64,000 bases of DNA from Kondoa subrosea (lineage: Eukaryota). The notes beneath the pieces were generated by a model. That model ran no database searches. It had not been told where the DNA came from and saw only the letters and a program-made list of their open reading frames with translations. Made by a program: the position numbers and the translations under genes. The stretch lies in NCBI GenBank assembly GCA_039545335.1, contig BCIN01000010.1, positions 391,804 to 455,803 of the forward strand. The letters run 5' to 3'. Shown here piece by piece: positions 1-13,089 of the stretch (positions are counted from its first letter, which is position 1; each line of letters begins with the position of its first letter).

Positions 1-415
1 ACAGTGTGTGGTACAAACATGGCGCTGTCAGAATGCTTATCATGGCTAACAGATCGTCACCTTCGATGAGTACGGGATTTCAGGTCACCCGAACCATAAA
101 GCGCTATACAATGCTCTGCCTTTGACGAATACCGACCTCAAAGTCTGCTATCTCAAGTCTACAAGCATCTCTGGCAAATTCTCGCACATCCTCTCTCTAC
201 CCTATCTACTGATTGGAAGTGCATTCGACCAAGATATTTCATTATTTGTTTCTTCCCCTACGCAATATCGACAGGCTATCGAAAGCTTTCAAGCACACAA
301 ATCTCAGCACAATTGGTTCCGCTATGCCTATGTAGCGTTCTCGAGGTATATGTGGATTAATCAAGTGAGTTGTAAAGCAACAAAGGAAAACACAAGAATC
401 AAGGAAGAATTATAA
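1..415 (+). CDS. GPI12: N-acetylglucosaminyl-phosphatidylinositol de-N-acetylase (PIG-L), 3' part only
   Basis: After an intron ending ctaacag (52), the exon reads IVTFDEYGISGHPNH (PIG-L motif) and ends ...AHKSQHNWFRYAYVAFSRYMWIN, the typical PIG-L C-terminus. The 5' end lies outside the window. Confidence 0.9.
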
Positions 416-468
416 ATGTTATCCGGTTTATCGCTATGTTTTTGTATGCCGTTTACTTATGAAACATA

Positions 469-1318
469 TCATCGCGAAGAATGCACAGCCAGTATGCATG
501 CAAATGCTGCAATGATGAGCCTGCGCTGGATCGTTTAATGTGGGTATCTTCTCACAGCAGCCAGACTTACGAGCCGATTAAAAGAGAAGAGCTGATGACC
601 GCACGCCGAGCAGGCACGAATGCACCTCTAGCCAAAGACGATTGTACGATAAAGAACCTTGCAGAGCCTATCGATTTTATCAGCTAATGACAAAAGACAA
701 AAGCTAAACATACCGAAGATCATGACTAGAATCCCGAGCAGAATGAAAGTAGCCCCTATAGGTTTGCCTAAGTGATTGTACTGATTCCGCTCTGTCGACA
801 TGGCCATGTATAAGGCTGCGATACGTTCTTCTTGCGATGCGATTTGTCGCTGCAAGCTTTCGAGACTAACATCCTCGATTGCTTGCCTCTTGCCCAGACT
901 TGGAGAAGTCGATTCAGCAGAGACAGAACCAGAAGACAGGCGGAACAGCTGAGTAACTGCTATGCCTATAGAAGCTGTACTTTCGTTGAGAAACATGAAG
1001 AGATACTGGGCACCACCACAACTTACCAAGCGAAAGAGACGTTCGCAGATATCCGAGAAAGGTGCGTTCGTTTGCTAGATGGCTACAAAGCAAGCACAAC
1101 CATAAACACGAGCTCTTGAGGGGCTCGAAGCACTTTGAACGCACTCTCTATATGCGCAGCTTGAGTTCAAGCCAGAAATGCATAACACCAAAAGAGCTCG
1201 AAGATGCTCACCGAGCAGCAGATCCCTTGTTCTCTATCTCTATCGAAGCCTGAAACCACCATCGCCGGGGAGGAGGTGCTGGCGACGGTGATGCAGGCTC
1301 TTCATTTTCATTTTGCAT
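469..1318 (-). CDS. DUF202/YidH-family small membrane protein
   Basis: The spliced model reads ENKGSAARDHLANERTFLGYLRTSLSL (DUF202 signature) followed by hydrophobic segments. It has GT-AG introns, including two around a 3-nt exon at 1145-1147. Confidence 0.85.
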
Positions 1319-1467
1319 CAATGGCTCAGCAGAAGAAGGTATCGCAGTGCTTCAGGTGGAATGGCATGCAAAGTCGACGTCGACGGACACGAATATTAGT
1401 GGGTCGCAGGCTATCGCGATGTATTATACAAATCCGAGCACAGTCCGTTATATCGTTCTAGCAGCAA

Positions 1468-2993
1468 TCAAGGCGTTTCGGATACAAATGCTGTTTGATA
1501 AAGAATCGGAAATACTCTGCGGGATAGAGTAAGGCACTTACAGACTTCATTGAAAAGCTGTCCTTGCATCGTAATCGACTTTGCTTCTTGTCCGTTCATG
1601 GCAGGGACCGAGATGTTTGCCTCTGCTGCATTCGACCACTATACAAAGATGGTCAGAGAATCACCATCATTTGCAAATAGCTTTGCGAACCTGATAGATA
1701 TATGGCTTTGCGCCAGCAACGACGTTGACGACCTTCTTGATGATATACGGAATCTCTGCCATAACATCCACCTTTTCGATCAAGCCTTTGGTGCCTTGAT
1801 AGCCTGGCGCCTTGGATCCTTCGGCCAATGCCAGGTCAATACTCGCTGTCACATTTCCCGCAGAGCCGATAGCAGGACCAGTCCAGTAGTACTTGATTTT
1901 GCCTGGCGCGTTGTAAGTCGTATCCTTGTCCAACACGAGATCTTGATGTTCTGCTTTTGATCCGCTTGGTAAACCTGATCCACCGAGAGTGACAGCAACT
2001 AGCTTGTCATCTACAACAACACTGCCAATATTGACTTTCTGATTGCCATGGGCTGCAGTGGTAGTGAATTCCATCATGACCAAACTTGTCTTGTCATCGG
2101 CTTTGCTTTGAAAGTTGGCGAAATTCCATCGTGAAGCAATCAAATTAGGCCTCATCCCTTGAATGGCATGGACTAGCATTCCTCTTGAACCTTCGATATT
2201 AACAACCTCTTTACCTACTCTTGCAATGCCTTTCATTTCACACCTTGGCCAGAAGCGATGCACCACATATCCATCAGAGCCTCCATTGACATCAGGATCA
2301 AGGGAGTTTGGGTTGTTTGCAGGTTTCGCGTTTCCAAAATAAGACATTCCACCTCTGTTTCCTGAGCCTAATTTCCAACCCGGTACGCCTGGCAACCTCT
2401 GGACCGTCATAGATAATTGTACGTCGGCATCGTATTTGCATTCGACAGTATAGATGTCAGGTGTAGCAGGATCGAGGATAACGGTGAATTGATCTGATTT
2501 GGAAGAACGTTTGTCTAGCTTGCTCCCACCTGCTTTTGGATTAGCTGGAGCAGTGACGAAGTGAGTGACGGGGACAGATTTCCAGACTCGTTTAGTTTTC
2601 GCGTTGGCAGAAGTATCGAAGAGACCGAAAGTGACCTGAATGCTTGGTGACCAGAGTCTAAGTAGTGGCCATACATGTGAGTACTAGGCCTCCTTAGTAG
2701 GTCCGATAGACGCAAACCTACCCTACCGCACTGTGAATGATCTGGAACATGAGGATTCGTCCATCAGGCAGAGTTGTATAAAAGATTTGAGTTTCAGTGA
2801 CAAAGCCGCCTGTGCATTCTAGCCTGAGCTCTATATGCTGTGGAAGATCCATACAAGACTGACCGGCGCAAGTCCAGAACAGATCATTGTCCACAAGTGG
2901 TCCGAACAAGGGTGCTTCTGGATTGTCCAAAGATCTCTCAATTGGACTGTGAAAGTTCTCGCCTATGGCTGCTTTCTTGGAGAAGAATGACAT
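1468..2993 (-). CDS. SVF1: Survival factor 1 (Svf1-like)
   Basis: Motifs FVTETQIFY...FQIIHSAVG, HRFWPRC, HAIQGMRPNLIASRWNFANF and EKVDVMAEIPY are characteristic of Svf1. Multi-exon. Confidence 0.9.
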
Positions 2994-3084
2994 GCTGCGC
3001 TACTCTCTTTGACTCTGAGAGGGTAGATGGTTCAAGGGCAAGCTTTTATTATTCTACAAGTCGACGACCGCAGTGGGGGACTGC

Positions 3085-4089
3085 ATGGATGATCCTTTCA
3101 ACTCTGTTAAAGAGGAAGTCCTGAAGACGCTCGAGCAAGCCCAAGAACAGCGGCAATCTTACCTTCGCCTTAAGGCTGGGTTAAAGCATGTGCAGGCAGA
3201 TGAGCTCCTGTGGGCTGAAGACGAGTACAAAGCAACATTATTGGTGCTTGAAGGAGATCTTGACGAATTGAGCGAGAGCATCAGTGCCGTGGAACGCACA
3301 GGTGATTTGCAGCGTTTCGGATTGAATGCAGAGGAGATGCAGGCACGGAAAATCTTTGTCCAGCGCAGTCGTAGCGAGCTGCAGGTGAGCCCGGCCCAAG
3401 TAATTAAAGTTTATCTTCTGTAGCTGACTTGTGCGACTCAGGGGATGCGAAGTTCGCTACCTGAAGGCTCAAATTCTGGCGGGTCTTTGGTGCGGTTGAC
3501 GGCTTTGCTTCTCTCCTGCAGATTGACGGGAATTTACTGTTTGTAGTCGAATCACTATGCTAACCAAACCTGCTATCGAGATGATGAAGATGATCTGGAG
3601 AGAGACAACCCTGATCTAGCCTACGAGCTGGAAGAACAGGAAGTAAGCCCAAGTTTCTCGCTACTCACTGGATATTCCACCAAACATCCGCTGATAGACT
3701 TTCAGATGATGATACGACAACAGGATACAACGCTGGATTCAATTTCAGGCGTCATAGGAAGCTTGAGACGGCAAGCTGGAACGATTGGACAGGAAGTAGT
3801 TGAGCAGGTTGCGTAAGTTTGGCCGTCTGAAATGATCACGTGGATCTGATGCCCCAAAGCACTGCAGGATGCTGGGCGATTTTGAGCGAAGCGTTGATCG
3901 CACGCAGGAGCGGCTGGATACCGCTCACAGGAAGCTGGATCGTTTCATACAGCAGAATAAGAGTCAGACATCCTCTCGTTCATGTCTGAAATATGGCTAA
4001 TTATCCCTATAGATTCGAAGTCCAGCTGGTGTATATTATTGCTGATCATTGTTTTGTGTATATTGCTTGTACTCGTTATCATCGTATGA
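3085..4089 (+). CDS. TLG1: Syntaxin-6/Tlg1-like t-SNARE
   Basis: N-terminus MDDPFNSVKEEV (syntaxin-6 N domain), SNARE motif QQDTTLDSISGVIGSLRRQAGTIGQE, and C-terminal TM WCILLLIIVLCILLVLVIIV*. Confidence 0.85.
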
Positions 4090-4140
4090 ATTTCCGGCAT
4101 CGATTCGACATCAGTGCAGCAGTTTTGCTTGACAGTACAT

Positions 4141-5138
4141 TTACACTCTTATCTTTTGATTTTTGACCCAATATGCAGGCAAACCCCATTCTTCAGGCTT
4201 AAATTTTTCCAGGGACACGAGCTCTTGCGACGGAACAATATGCGTTCCACCTTTGTTCAGCATGTGTTGCTTCAGACCGCTATCAGGAACCCAAACCACA
4301 CTCATTGAAGCTGCCAAAGCGGCTTGTACACCACTGAACCCAGAGTGATGTCAATACTGATCGATAATATAGTGTATCACGTACGGAATTCCATCTTCAA
4401 ATACAAGACACTGTTTCCACCCTTCTTCGTCCTTGATACCTAAGGTATCAGCGGCAAGATGAAAGATATCCTGTGGGGGCTAGTTCAGCAGATATCTCTG
4501 GGCACTTGAGGGCAAGAACTGACGGGATACGGCTTCCCTCTTCCTGGTTTCAGTAATGGAGAATCGCCTGTGACTATCCGATCCGACGGGAAGCAGCTTA
4601 TCAGCTCTGGCAAATGGGTAGTCTTCAGAATTAGATTCCGGTGTTTTGATCCCGTTGCAATCTATTGCAGACTTGTCAGCTGTACCAGCATAGGTTACGC
4701 ACAACTTACTGCTATCGGTATCTTATGTTTATGTAGATGCTGCACCAATTTCAGGGCTCCGGGAAGAATTGCAACCTGTGTGAGTGGTCAATTACAAGAA
4801 GTGTATTCAGCATCCATTGCACAACCTTGCGAAACATATCATCTTGTATAGAAGCCATCTGCTCAATGACTTGCCCAGCTGTGAGAGGAATCTTTGTCTC
4901 GTCTAGAAGCAATTTAACAGCAGCGTCCTGCGATGTGTGGCCTATATCAACACTAGCCCTTATGTAAAAGCCTGAAAGCCACCTGCGGCTGGCCCATTAC
5001 GCGCGACTTGAGATCCCAAGTCAAAGTCTGTCCATAGGGAGCCAGTATAGCGTTGGTAGCGTCCGTATAGACTCGTTCACTGTCGATTAGCAATCCGTCC
5101 ATATCGAAGATTACTGCTTTGATCTGCGGTCTGGCCAT
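4141..5138 (-). CDS. HAD-superfamily phosphatase (HDHD1/pseudouridine-5'-phosphatase-like)
   Basis: HAD motif I AVIFDMDGLLIDSE, CLVFEDG motif, and C-terminus FKPEEWGLPAY. Confidence 0.85.
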
Positions 5139-5249
5139 AAGTAGTATCTTGTAATGTAATGTAATGGTGCAGGAGATGACTAATACAAGTTTTGAGCAGA
5201 GATTCGACGCGGGCAAAGAAAAGGTTTGTTGTTTTTCACGAACGGTGAC

Positions 5250-6756
5250 ATGGATCGCTTATTGGTTGAAGCAGCAGCTCAAGGTCACCTCAAGGGCCCA
5301 TTGGATCTTTCCAGACTGCCCAAGGAGAGCTCTTTACAGCTTGAACACTGTTTGCGATCATTGTTATCGCGGAACCGAGACGAAGGACTACAGCGGGAAG
5401 CATTGGACAGCAGAGCTCGTGCGCTGGGTTCGGAAGTAGAGCGACTGGCGGGAAAGCTCGAGCGAGCAGAGGAAAAAGCCAAATCTCAGAGGGTAGAAAA
5501 GGGCTTGTTGGAAGCAAGGTTACAGCAAGCTACAAGAGCACTGTCTACTGAAGAAAGCAAACACACGTTGTGCAGAGAGGATCTACAAAAGGCACGCAAT
5601 TCTTTGGCTACTGTGAAGGCTGTCTCGAATACAGACGCGAAAAGAAGGGAAAGAGAAACGCAAGCTTGTCTACAGAAATGGCAGAAACTTGCAAGTCTGC
5701 CGCAACATCATTCGCTCGATTCAGCCTATTACAGCACTTTGCGATTATCTTCCGCTCCTTTTGCATCTACATCATATATCGACCCAAAGGTGGACCTTTT
5801 GACCACCTGCCTGAACGATTCCGAGATAACACGGCAAGCGCTTTTGGCGGACAACTTAAGCTGGAGAGATGCATTCCTTCAGGCTATGTCTCGCCTTGCA
5901 TCAACATTGCACGAGCATGGCGTGCAAACAACTGCAGTACATATCATCTTCTGTTCCGAGATTACTCGCCGATTGAATGCTTTGATGCCAGATTCTGCCG
6001 AACGACTTGTCAAATCTTGCGCCAGCATCGGTCGCTTGCCATCTTCTACCGCTACTCGACCTGGTACACGAGTCACTTGGCACCTTTGCAACGAATTTTG
6101 AAGACCAGAGGAATGATTTGCAGGAGAAGATCCAGCGCGTTCAGAATATGGCCAAAGAAGAAGCTCTGACTTGGGAACAGACGAAAACGCATCATATAGC
6201 CCAAATTACCGAGCTGACTGCTCAGCTGAGTGAGCATTGACCTGCTAGCCTTGTGAGACAAACTAAGTATTTTCATTCAGAGGCCGGCATTGACCACATT
6301 CAAACACTGGAAGCTCAGATCAAAGCGCACGTCTGTAAAGCTGCCAAGCCTGTTAAGCCATCCAAGTGCGCTCAGCCAAAGTACTCTTGAGTATTCGCTG
6401 ATATCTGTACCACTGCAGACCTGACGTTTCAGTCCCTTCATCAATTGCGCTTGTAGAAACAGTACCTGAGAAAGTAAAGGTATGTCGCTCTCTTCTCACT
6501 TGAGACTCTCAATAGTAACTAAGCTCAGACTAAGCAGCAACGGGATCCTTCTCAGCGAGCGCCATCACTCAGAGCGGAAAACAAGAAATCCTCGCAAGCG
6601 AAGCGCTCAGAGTCTGTTAAATCTCGCCAAGCGGAACCGTTGCAAGAGAAGCCTGCATCTGCCTTATCGAAAAGTTTGGCTGCCGCTGTATATGACTCAC
6701 CTGCTGTACCGCTTGAGAAGGAGAGCAAGCGCAAAGTGCGAGTAGTCACGACTTAG
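5250..6756 (+). CDS. Coiled-coil protein, ADIP (afadin/alpha-actinin-binding; Msd1-like) family probable
   Basis: A long heptad-rich ORF (5250-6101) plus spliced 3' exons. The N-terminal GHLKGPLDL...CLRSLL...REAL pattern resembles fungal ADIP-domain proteins. Confidence 0.55.
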
Positions 6757-6819
6757 TCGATTTGTGATTGTGCATTACATGTAGGGTATTGCTATGGGGC
6801 TCTTTTGTCTTGGATCACG

Positions 6820-9800
6820 CTAATCCACTGAAGCGTGTGCTCGTTCCCTGCCCCAGTGTCCCACAATGAAAGCAGTCATTTCTTCGTACAATTCTCTGTA
6901 AGCTCCTCGGGTACTGATCGAATGATCCGAATCAGTAACTGTGTCAATATGTCAGCTGGATTAGGTGAGGTACACGGCAGACTGACACATCCGGAAGCGC
7001 CAGTTTCTGATCTGATTCTGAGTCAACTTGTCGACCAGGCTAGCAGAATTGAGGAAGTGGACGTCTAGGTAAGATGGTTAGCAAGGTGGAACCTGCCCCG
7101 GGCAAATTACGAACTGTCATCTCCCGTGCCGTGCATAAGCAGAAAATCGGTCTTATTGAATCCTTGCAAATCTGATATCGAAGCATTGTTGTAGCCTGCT
7201 GTGTTCTGTGAAGGTGAACCCATATATCTTTCAGTATAGATGCTGCAAGGATCTACTCAGATGACTCGATACGGTTTGCTGGTGACTTACGAATCATAGA
7301 AGCGCCAGCTGTCAGATCAAAGGCTCAGTCATGTGATAAGGCAACACGAAAGACCTCACTCTGTGACAGGAGCGACAGCGATCGCCAAGCTGTGGACTCC
7401 GGCGTTAGCTTCCACTACCTTAGATGTTAGGAAGCCACCTGTCGGCAGTCTACATCAGCTGCAAATCTGCCAGTGTGCTCGACGTTTACCATAAGACCAC
7501 CCGAAGAGACTACGTGAATAAGAATGTCAGATACAGCTGACATGGCTCGCTATGGGAAAGGCTGCCAACTTACCCGATTCTTTTTTCGTCTACGTACGGG
7601 AGGGAAGCATAGTATCTGGCTGCAGCTATCTGATCTTGGCGTTCCAATTCGCCTAGATTGCCTCGAACGGGACTTCTAAAATTTCTGCCTTTGAATCCCT
7701 GCCAGTCACATCAACAATTGCAAGCCTATCATGATATAACATCCTACCGTGCCTCGTCCGTCTATTGTGACGACTATAATATCATGTTCCGAAGACAGAT
7801 AATCATACCAATTGCGCACGAATCTGGTATGCACTGTCACGATAATGAGTTGAGCCAAAGTATTGCAAGGTCGAGCATACCCTCTTGCGAATTTGGTCCG
7901 CCATAGCATTGAAAGAAAACAGGGTAGCGTGTACGTCCAGATAAATCCATCATCGGTGGTCGAATCTCTCGCGTATTAAATTCCTGATCTCCAATCTGCA
8001 ATGTAGATACAATCCGTTTCGGCAATTCGTACTTCTCTAGAGTTTGAGCTAGTTCCGGATTGAGGTTGATTGCAATCTTCAATTGTTGGTACTCTGTGCT
8101 GTACAAAGTCTGTATAGGCGGGACAGCGTCCATCTCGTTGAAGAGCATGAATCCACCATACGGCGAGAAATTGACATCGGCATAGGTTGACCTCGTGAAG
8201 TTACATCGTACGGGTTTCGAAACTTGGCCATGTACAGACTCAAGTGAAGGTAGCGGAACATAGTACAGATGTCTTTCCGTCGAAGGCTTAGCCAGAATGT
8301 AATAGACTCTTCGATTCTTGATGTCGATCGCGGAGATGGTTTCTGCTACCTCGTATCGCTCAGTAGTCAGAAAAATTGGCTGATTTGATACGGCGGAGGG
8401 GAAATAAGCGATTTGGCGATACCCCTGAGTATCAGCAAGAACTTCTAAATAACCGTCCAGAAGTGTATCAGGGTCCATGTCTGGAGGCGCAGCTGCACGT
8501 ATTGAGCGGATGTTTTGCATCTGTGAAGTCCGATGCGTCAGGGACAGTCAACGGCTCGAAGTTTCAACTGCACAGGTTCAAACCATCCCCCGTCAATCTC
8601 CGCATAATTCAGCTCCCGTGTAGTCTGACCGATTATCGGATTTGCGTCTGTGCTTGTGTCAAAGTGGGATACCCGAAGATGTTGGGATTGGCGATCAGTG
8701 TGTTTAACGAGAAGACTATTGTTATCGATCCAGACCACTTCCGTGAGAAGAGCTTCATCGAACGGCTTATCTACTTCCAGTGCTTTGAGACAGAGATTAA
8801 CACGGGCAGAGGAAGGAAGCGTTGACGCTCTATAACAAGCTAGATTGAACAGGGATAATTTGACGGTAGGACTAAGAAAGGCAAGGGTACAGAATTAGCG
8901 CACAGGAAGGAAGCGCTGCCTGGAAAAGCACTGACTTGGAATAGCCCGGCTTTGGATAGCGATACCGGAATTGTTCTGGATAAGGATTGGCAGCGCATAC
9001 AAAGTGATTCTCTGAATAGATTGGAAAGTTGTATTCGGGAACAAGGGTCTCATTGAAAGTAGCGAAAGCCAGCTTCAGTCCGTCTGGGCTCCACCATACA
9101 GCTGAATCTCCTTGGAAGACCTCCTCCTCGTATATCCAGTCCGGTACGCTTCATTTAAGCGACGGTAAGCAAACCTCTACTCCGCGCAAAGCGAACTTAC
9201 GCATTGAAAATTGTCTCGGAACCGCTTGAGGTTACTTGAATATGCTCTGTCTCTGTTGGCGAGCTGTCTACATCTCAGACGTTGAAGTCAATCGATATTA
9301 CTTCGACGTACCTTGCGCTATCAGCAACAAACAGGTCGTTGCCTGCAACAAACGCAATAGCATGACCCTGCTTGCTCCAGTGAGCGATTGACGTTCGAGG
9401 CGGCTCCTCAACGGGCAGCAGAGGTCTTGTAGATTTGGTCTTGATGTCATGTATGTAATAGTTCGATCGCGAAGAGTGTCGCCAGAGCTTATTTCGATTA
9501 GCTTGGACCAGCATGTAGCCCATGTCCGAGGAAAGACTGAAAGATGACCACATGATTTGTATTCCTCGCTCATCTAGAACATCGCTGCCTGACACAAGTA
9601 GAGACGTTGTGTTATCGCGAAGGTCTGTTAAATGTATGGAATAGTTTGCGTCCTTGGTATAGTATACGCCGTCTCCTGCTGCTTCGACCCATTGGATCGA
9701 TTCCATGATTGGCGAGAATGTGCCATTGAATACGCTGTCCATATCCATCTTGAGTTTGCCAGTACCCACGTATACATTGGAGGAAAGAAGTTGAGTATGA

Positions 9801-10036
9801 GCGGTCGAGAAGAGCAGCAGAAGAGACAAGACGCCTATGATAGGTAGGAACAATCGGCATACGTGAGATCTCTTTGGACTCGCTGTGTATTCGAAGGAGG
9901 CCTTCTCCAGCCTTGAAAGCTCTTCCTGATCCTCTGAGTCGCTGGAATAGTCGCTTGCGCTGTCACTCGCTTGCTTCTCGAGCTTCTCGTAAGACAGAGC
10001 GGGTGGCAGCACCAGTCTGGTTAGCCTTGTGTCCAT
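6820..10036 (-). CDS. Dipeptidyl aminopeptidase (DPP IV, S9B; Ste13/Dap2-like type II membrane protein)
   Basis: N-terminal TM anchor, [21 protein letters not shown] and DGRGT. Catalytic motifs GWSYGG, HGTGDDNVH and DSDHSI are present across exons. Confidence 0.92.
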
Positions 10037-10439
10037 GTCCAGGCGGTGGAAACGCAGGCACCGTGTAGCCAAGGGTATACAAGGCGTATGAGTAGTAGCT
10101 CGAAGGCAAGCACGAGGGAGCACGATTTATTACTAAGCAATTCCGATATTGGACTCCATTCGCTAGTGGGACGAAGGAAGCGAGCACAACGTAAAAAGCA
10201 GAAGAGTAGTCCTGCACTACTTGAACGATAACAATTGCACGAGATCTATACAAAAAGAATCTCTTCCAAACACCAATTTTCTGAAACTAACGAAAATACT
10301 AGAAGCCCTCTATAGATAACGAGGCAGTGATCTAGGTGCAGTAAGGTGCTCCATCGCGAGGAGTGACCTTGGTGAGACGATAGCAGCTAGGCAAATGATT
10401 GTCGTCAGTTCCTCATCACTTTATTCAAGTACACCGAGC

Positions 10440-11489
10440 TCACGAGAGACCGCATTGTCCGTTGCTGCAAAAGGCTGTTCCCTTTCCGTTGTAGCTTGAT
10501 GGGCAGACAGTTCCGGGTGCACCACAGTTGTTGACATCCTGACATAAAAATCAGTATGGCAATCGGCTAAGCAGGATATAGAATGAACGAACATTTGCTA
10601 CATTGATGCATTGGCAGACAGAGTTATCGGCATTGCAGAATTGCTTGAAACCAAGATGGCCTTCGCATCTGGAGGTGCAAGTATCGTTCACGCATTGAGA
10701 GTAGCCACCAATAACAGAGGGGCAGACTCTACCGCCGCATTCACGGTCGGCTGGGGGAAATGAAATATAAGTATCTGAACATATGATGCATACGATGGCG
10801 ACTCACCAGGCTGGCAAGTGGAACCTTGAGCATAGAAGTTTCTTGCGCAAGCGAATGAGCATCGACCAGCTATGCAAACACCTGAAGCGTTTTCAACCGA
10901 GGTGGGGCATTGGCGATCTGCAAATACATTATTAAGATGTGAAACATGAGGATACTTATAGAAAAGCTTACCGAAGCTGCATCGAGGAGCAATGATCTGG
11001 CCAGTGCATGATGTACCGTCGAATGTGGTTCGGCCAAGGCAAGCAAATGTGCAGACTCCGTCAGTACCGCAAACAGCGCGAGCGTTTGTGATTGATGTGG
11101 AGCACTTGAGGAGAAGCATTAGTACAGAACTGAGGAAATGTAGAGGATCGCCTTACCTGGTTATTGAATTGACATGGGCTGCCCGGGTTGGCAGGACGAG
11201 GCTATGGACAGCGCGTCATGAGCCGAAGATTTAAGATATTAAATGAGAGACAACTGACATCCTTGAAACCACCTGGAGTGATAGGCATACGAGGACCTGG
11301 AGGTGGAGGACCACGGTTGTGTGGGTAGCCATACAGACTGCACGACAGATTAGCCAAGGATCTCAAGGGATATCAAGATTGAACCAACTCGGCATGGTTA
11401 GGTCTTCCGCGAGGAGGAGTCTGAGCAAGAGTTGAAGATGCCGAGAGGAGAGCGAGCGCAACGGTAGAGATAATTGCTTTGCTGAACAT
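10440..11489 (-). CDS. Secreted cysteine-rich repeat protein
   Basis: Signal-peptide-like MFSKAIISTVALALLSASSTLAQ, a Pro-rich segment, repeated C-x(10)-C-x(4-5)-C-x-F-A-C units, and terminal DVNNCGAPGTVC...CSNGQCGLS*. Confidence 0.7.
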
Positions 11490-12177
11490 GTTGTACTGAT
11501 TTCCTTGATAGAATTGAAAAGGTTGCTGAAGTTTGAAAGAGTGTGTTGTTCAAAAGAGTGTGGGTGTTGAGCTGGAAGCTTGGAACTTGAGTTTATTGAG
11601 GTATAGAATGAGAGAAGAGAAGGAACGAGAAATTTTGGAACTCTTGTTCATGATCCGTTGCACTTTAATCGCGGAAAAATAACAATTTGCCGAGCCTCGT
11701 CTTTGTCCAGAGTCGTTTCATTTCGCTAAGACCTGAAATTGGCGATCTGTAACGGACGGCACATTGATAAAAGCGCGACTAAGCCGGAAATTTGCTTATA
11801 TGATGGCTAGCGCGTCCTTGTTAATTGCGTTCAGGAATCAGAGTTGTTATCATGGTCGCGAAATGTTCGTGTTGTTTTGATCGAATACAATGTGACATTC
11901 TTGGTAATGTGCTGTCTACTGATCAACAGCTACAGGTTTCGACCAACAAGTCGCACGCACGACCTCGATTTGTTTGCGCTTGGCTGTCTGCACGAGGAGA
12001 AATATGGCCAGAGGCAATGCGGAAGCTTCTCCACACCTGACTTTGCGATAAAGTGTGCGGTATTGGGTTCTGACATATTGTGCCCTTTATTTGGCCTGCC
12101 GACGCGTCGAATTCGACTAACAGCGAACATTCTGCAGGTGGAAGAGACTTCTCGCCGGCTATCTTCTTGTTGTCGCA

Positions 12178-13029
12178 TCACGTTTGGGACTCCTTCAATG
12201 GCTCTTCCGAGTAGTCAGCCGTCGATTTTACTGCTTCTGATATCCCTTCTGGCGCGTCTTGAACTGTTATAGATGAAGATGAAAGTTTCGTAGTTGAGAC
12301 CGACGTCGGTTGAGAGCTGGTCATGATTGCATCCGAGAGCACTTGGTGTAGCTGAAACAAAGTTGTCAGCATGCGAAAACCCAATTGAGCAGAAAACATA
12401 CTTGATCTTCAGACCTAGACAGTGCTGATTGCGGTTCAGACATGATCTGGTCACTGACAGAAGTTGCCGACGGATCAGAGAAAGTAGCCTTTGCAGCTTG
12501 TTTGAGATGCGTTTGCTGAGGTGCTTTCGTCTGTGCGAGATAATCCATTGTAGGCATTGTTTTGCTTTGTGAAGGCGACACTTGCTCAGTCGCGTGTTTG
12601 TTACTGGGCGGAGAGGCTTTGGGCGATTCCAAGTCAGAGGAGAGAACAGCTCTGAGATCCTCCAGAGGCAAACCCTGCTTGACAGCTTGCGCACTGACAG
12701 GCTGGAAAGTTCCGCGTTCCACAAGATCAGCCAGAATTGATCCAGCAAGCTGTGGCATCCGCAAGTCTTGAGTAAGTGTCCTGTCGAGGTAATGACCAGC
12801 TCCAGCGTGGATACTTGCGACCAGATCTTGGCTGGCAGGCTATATCAGACACATTCTAAGACTTTTAGAGCTAAAAGCCTTCAGGTCTTCAGCTTACGCT
12901 CTCCTTGAATTCTGTCATTAATTTCCTGCGAATCTGATCAAACTTGCCCGACCGCTTGTACTGGGTTACCAAGTCTTGTGCCGTGAGTAGTTCCTTCTTT
13001 GTCTGCTTCGGCGATACCAAAGGAGCCAT
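12178..13029 (-). CDS. BOD1/Shg1 (COMPASS-associated) domain protein
   Basis: N-terminal DLVTQYKRSGKFDQIRRKLM is a BOD1/Shg1-like signature, followed by a low-complexity Ser/Thr-rich tail. Confidence 0.7.
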
Positions 13030-13089
13030 TGGTGTCGAGTTCAAAAAGGTGGTAGACCTGGAAGAACCACGCTCCTTTGAGATCAGAAG

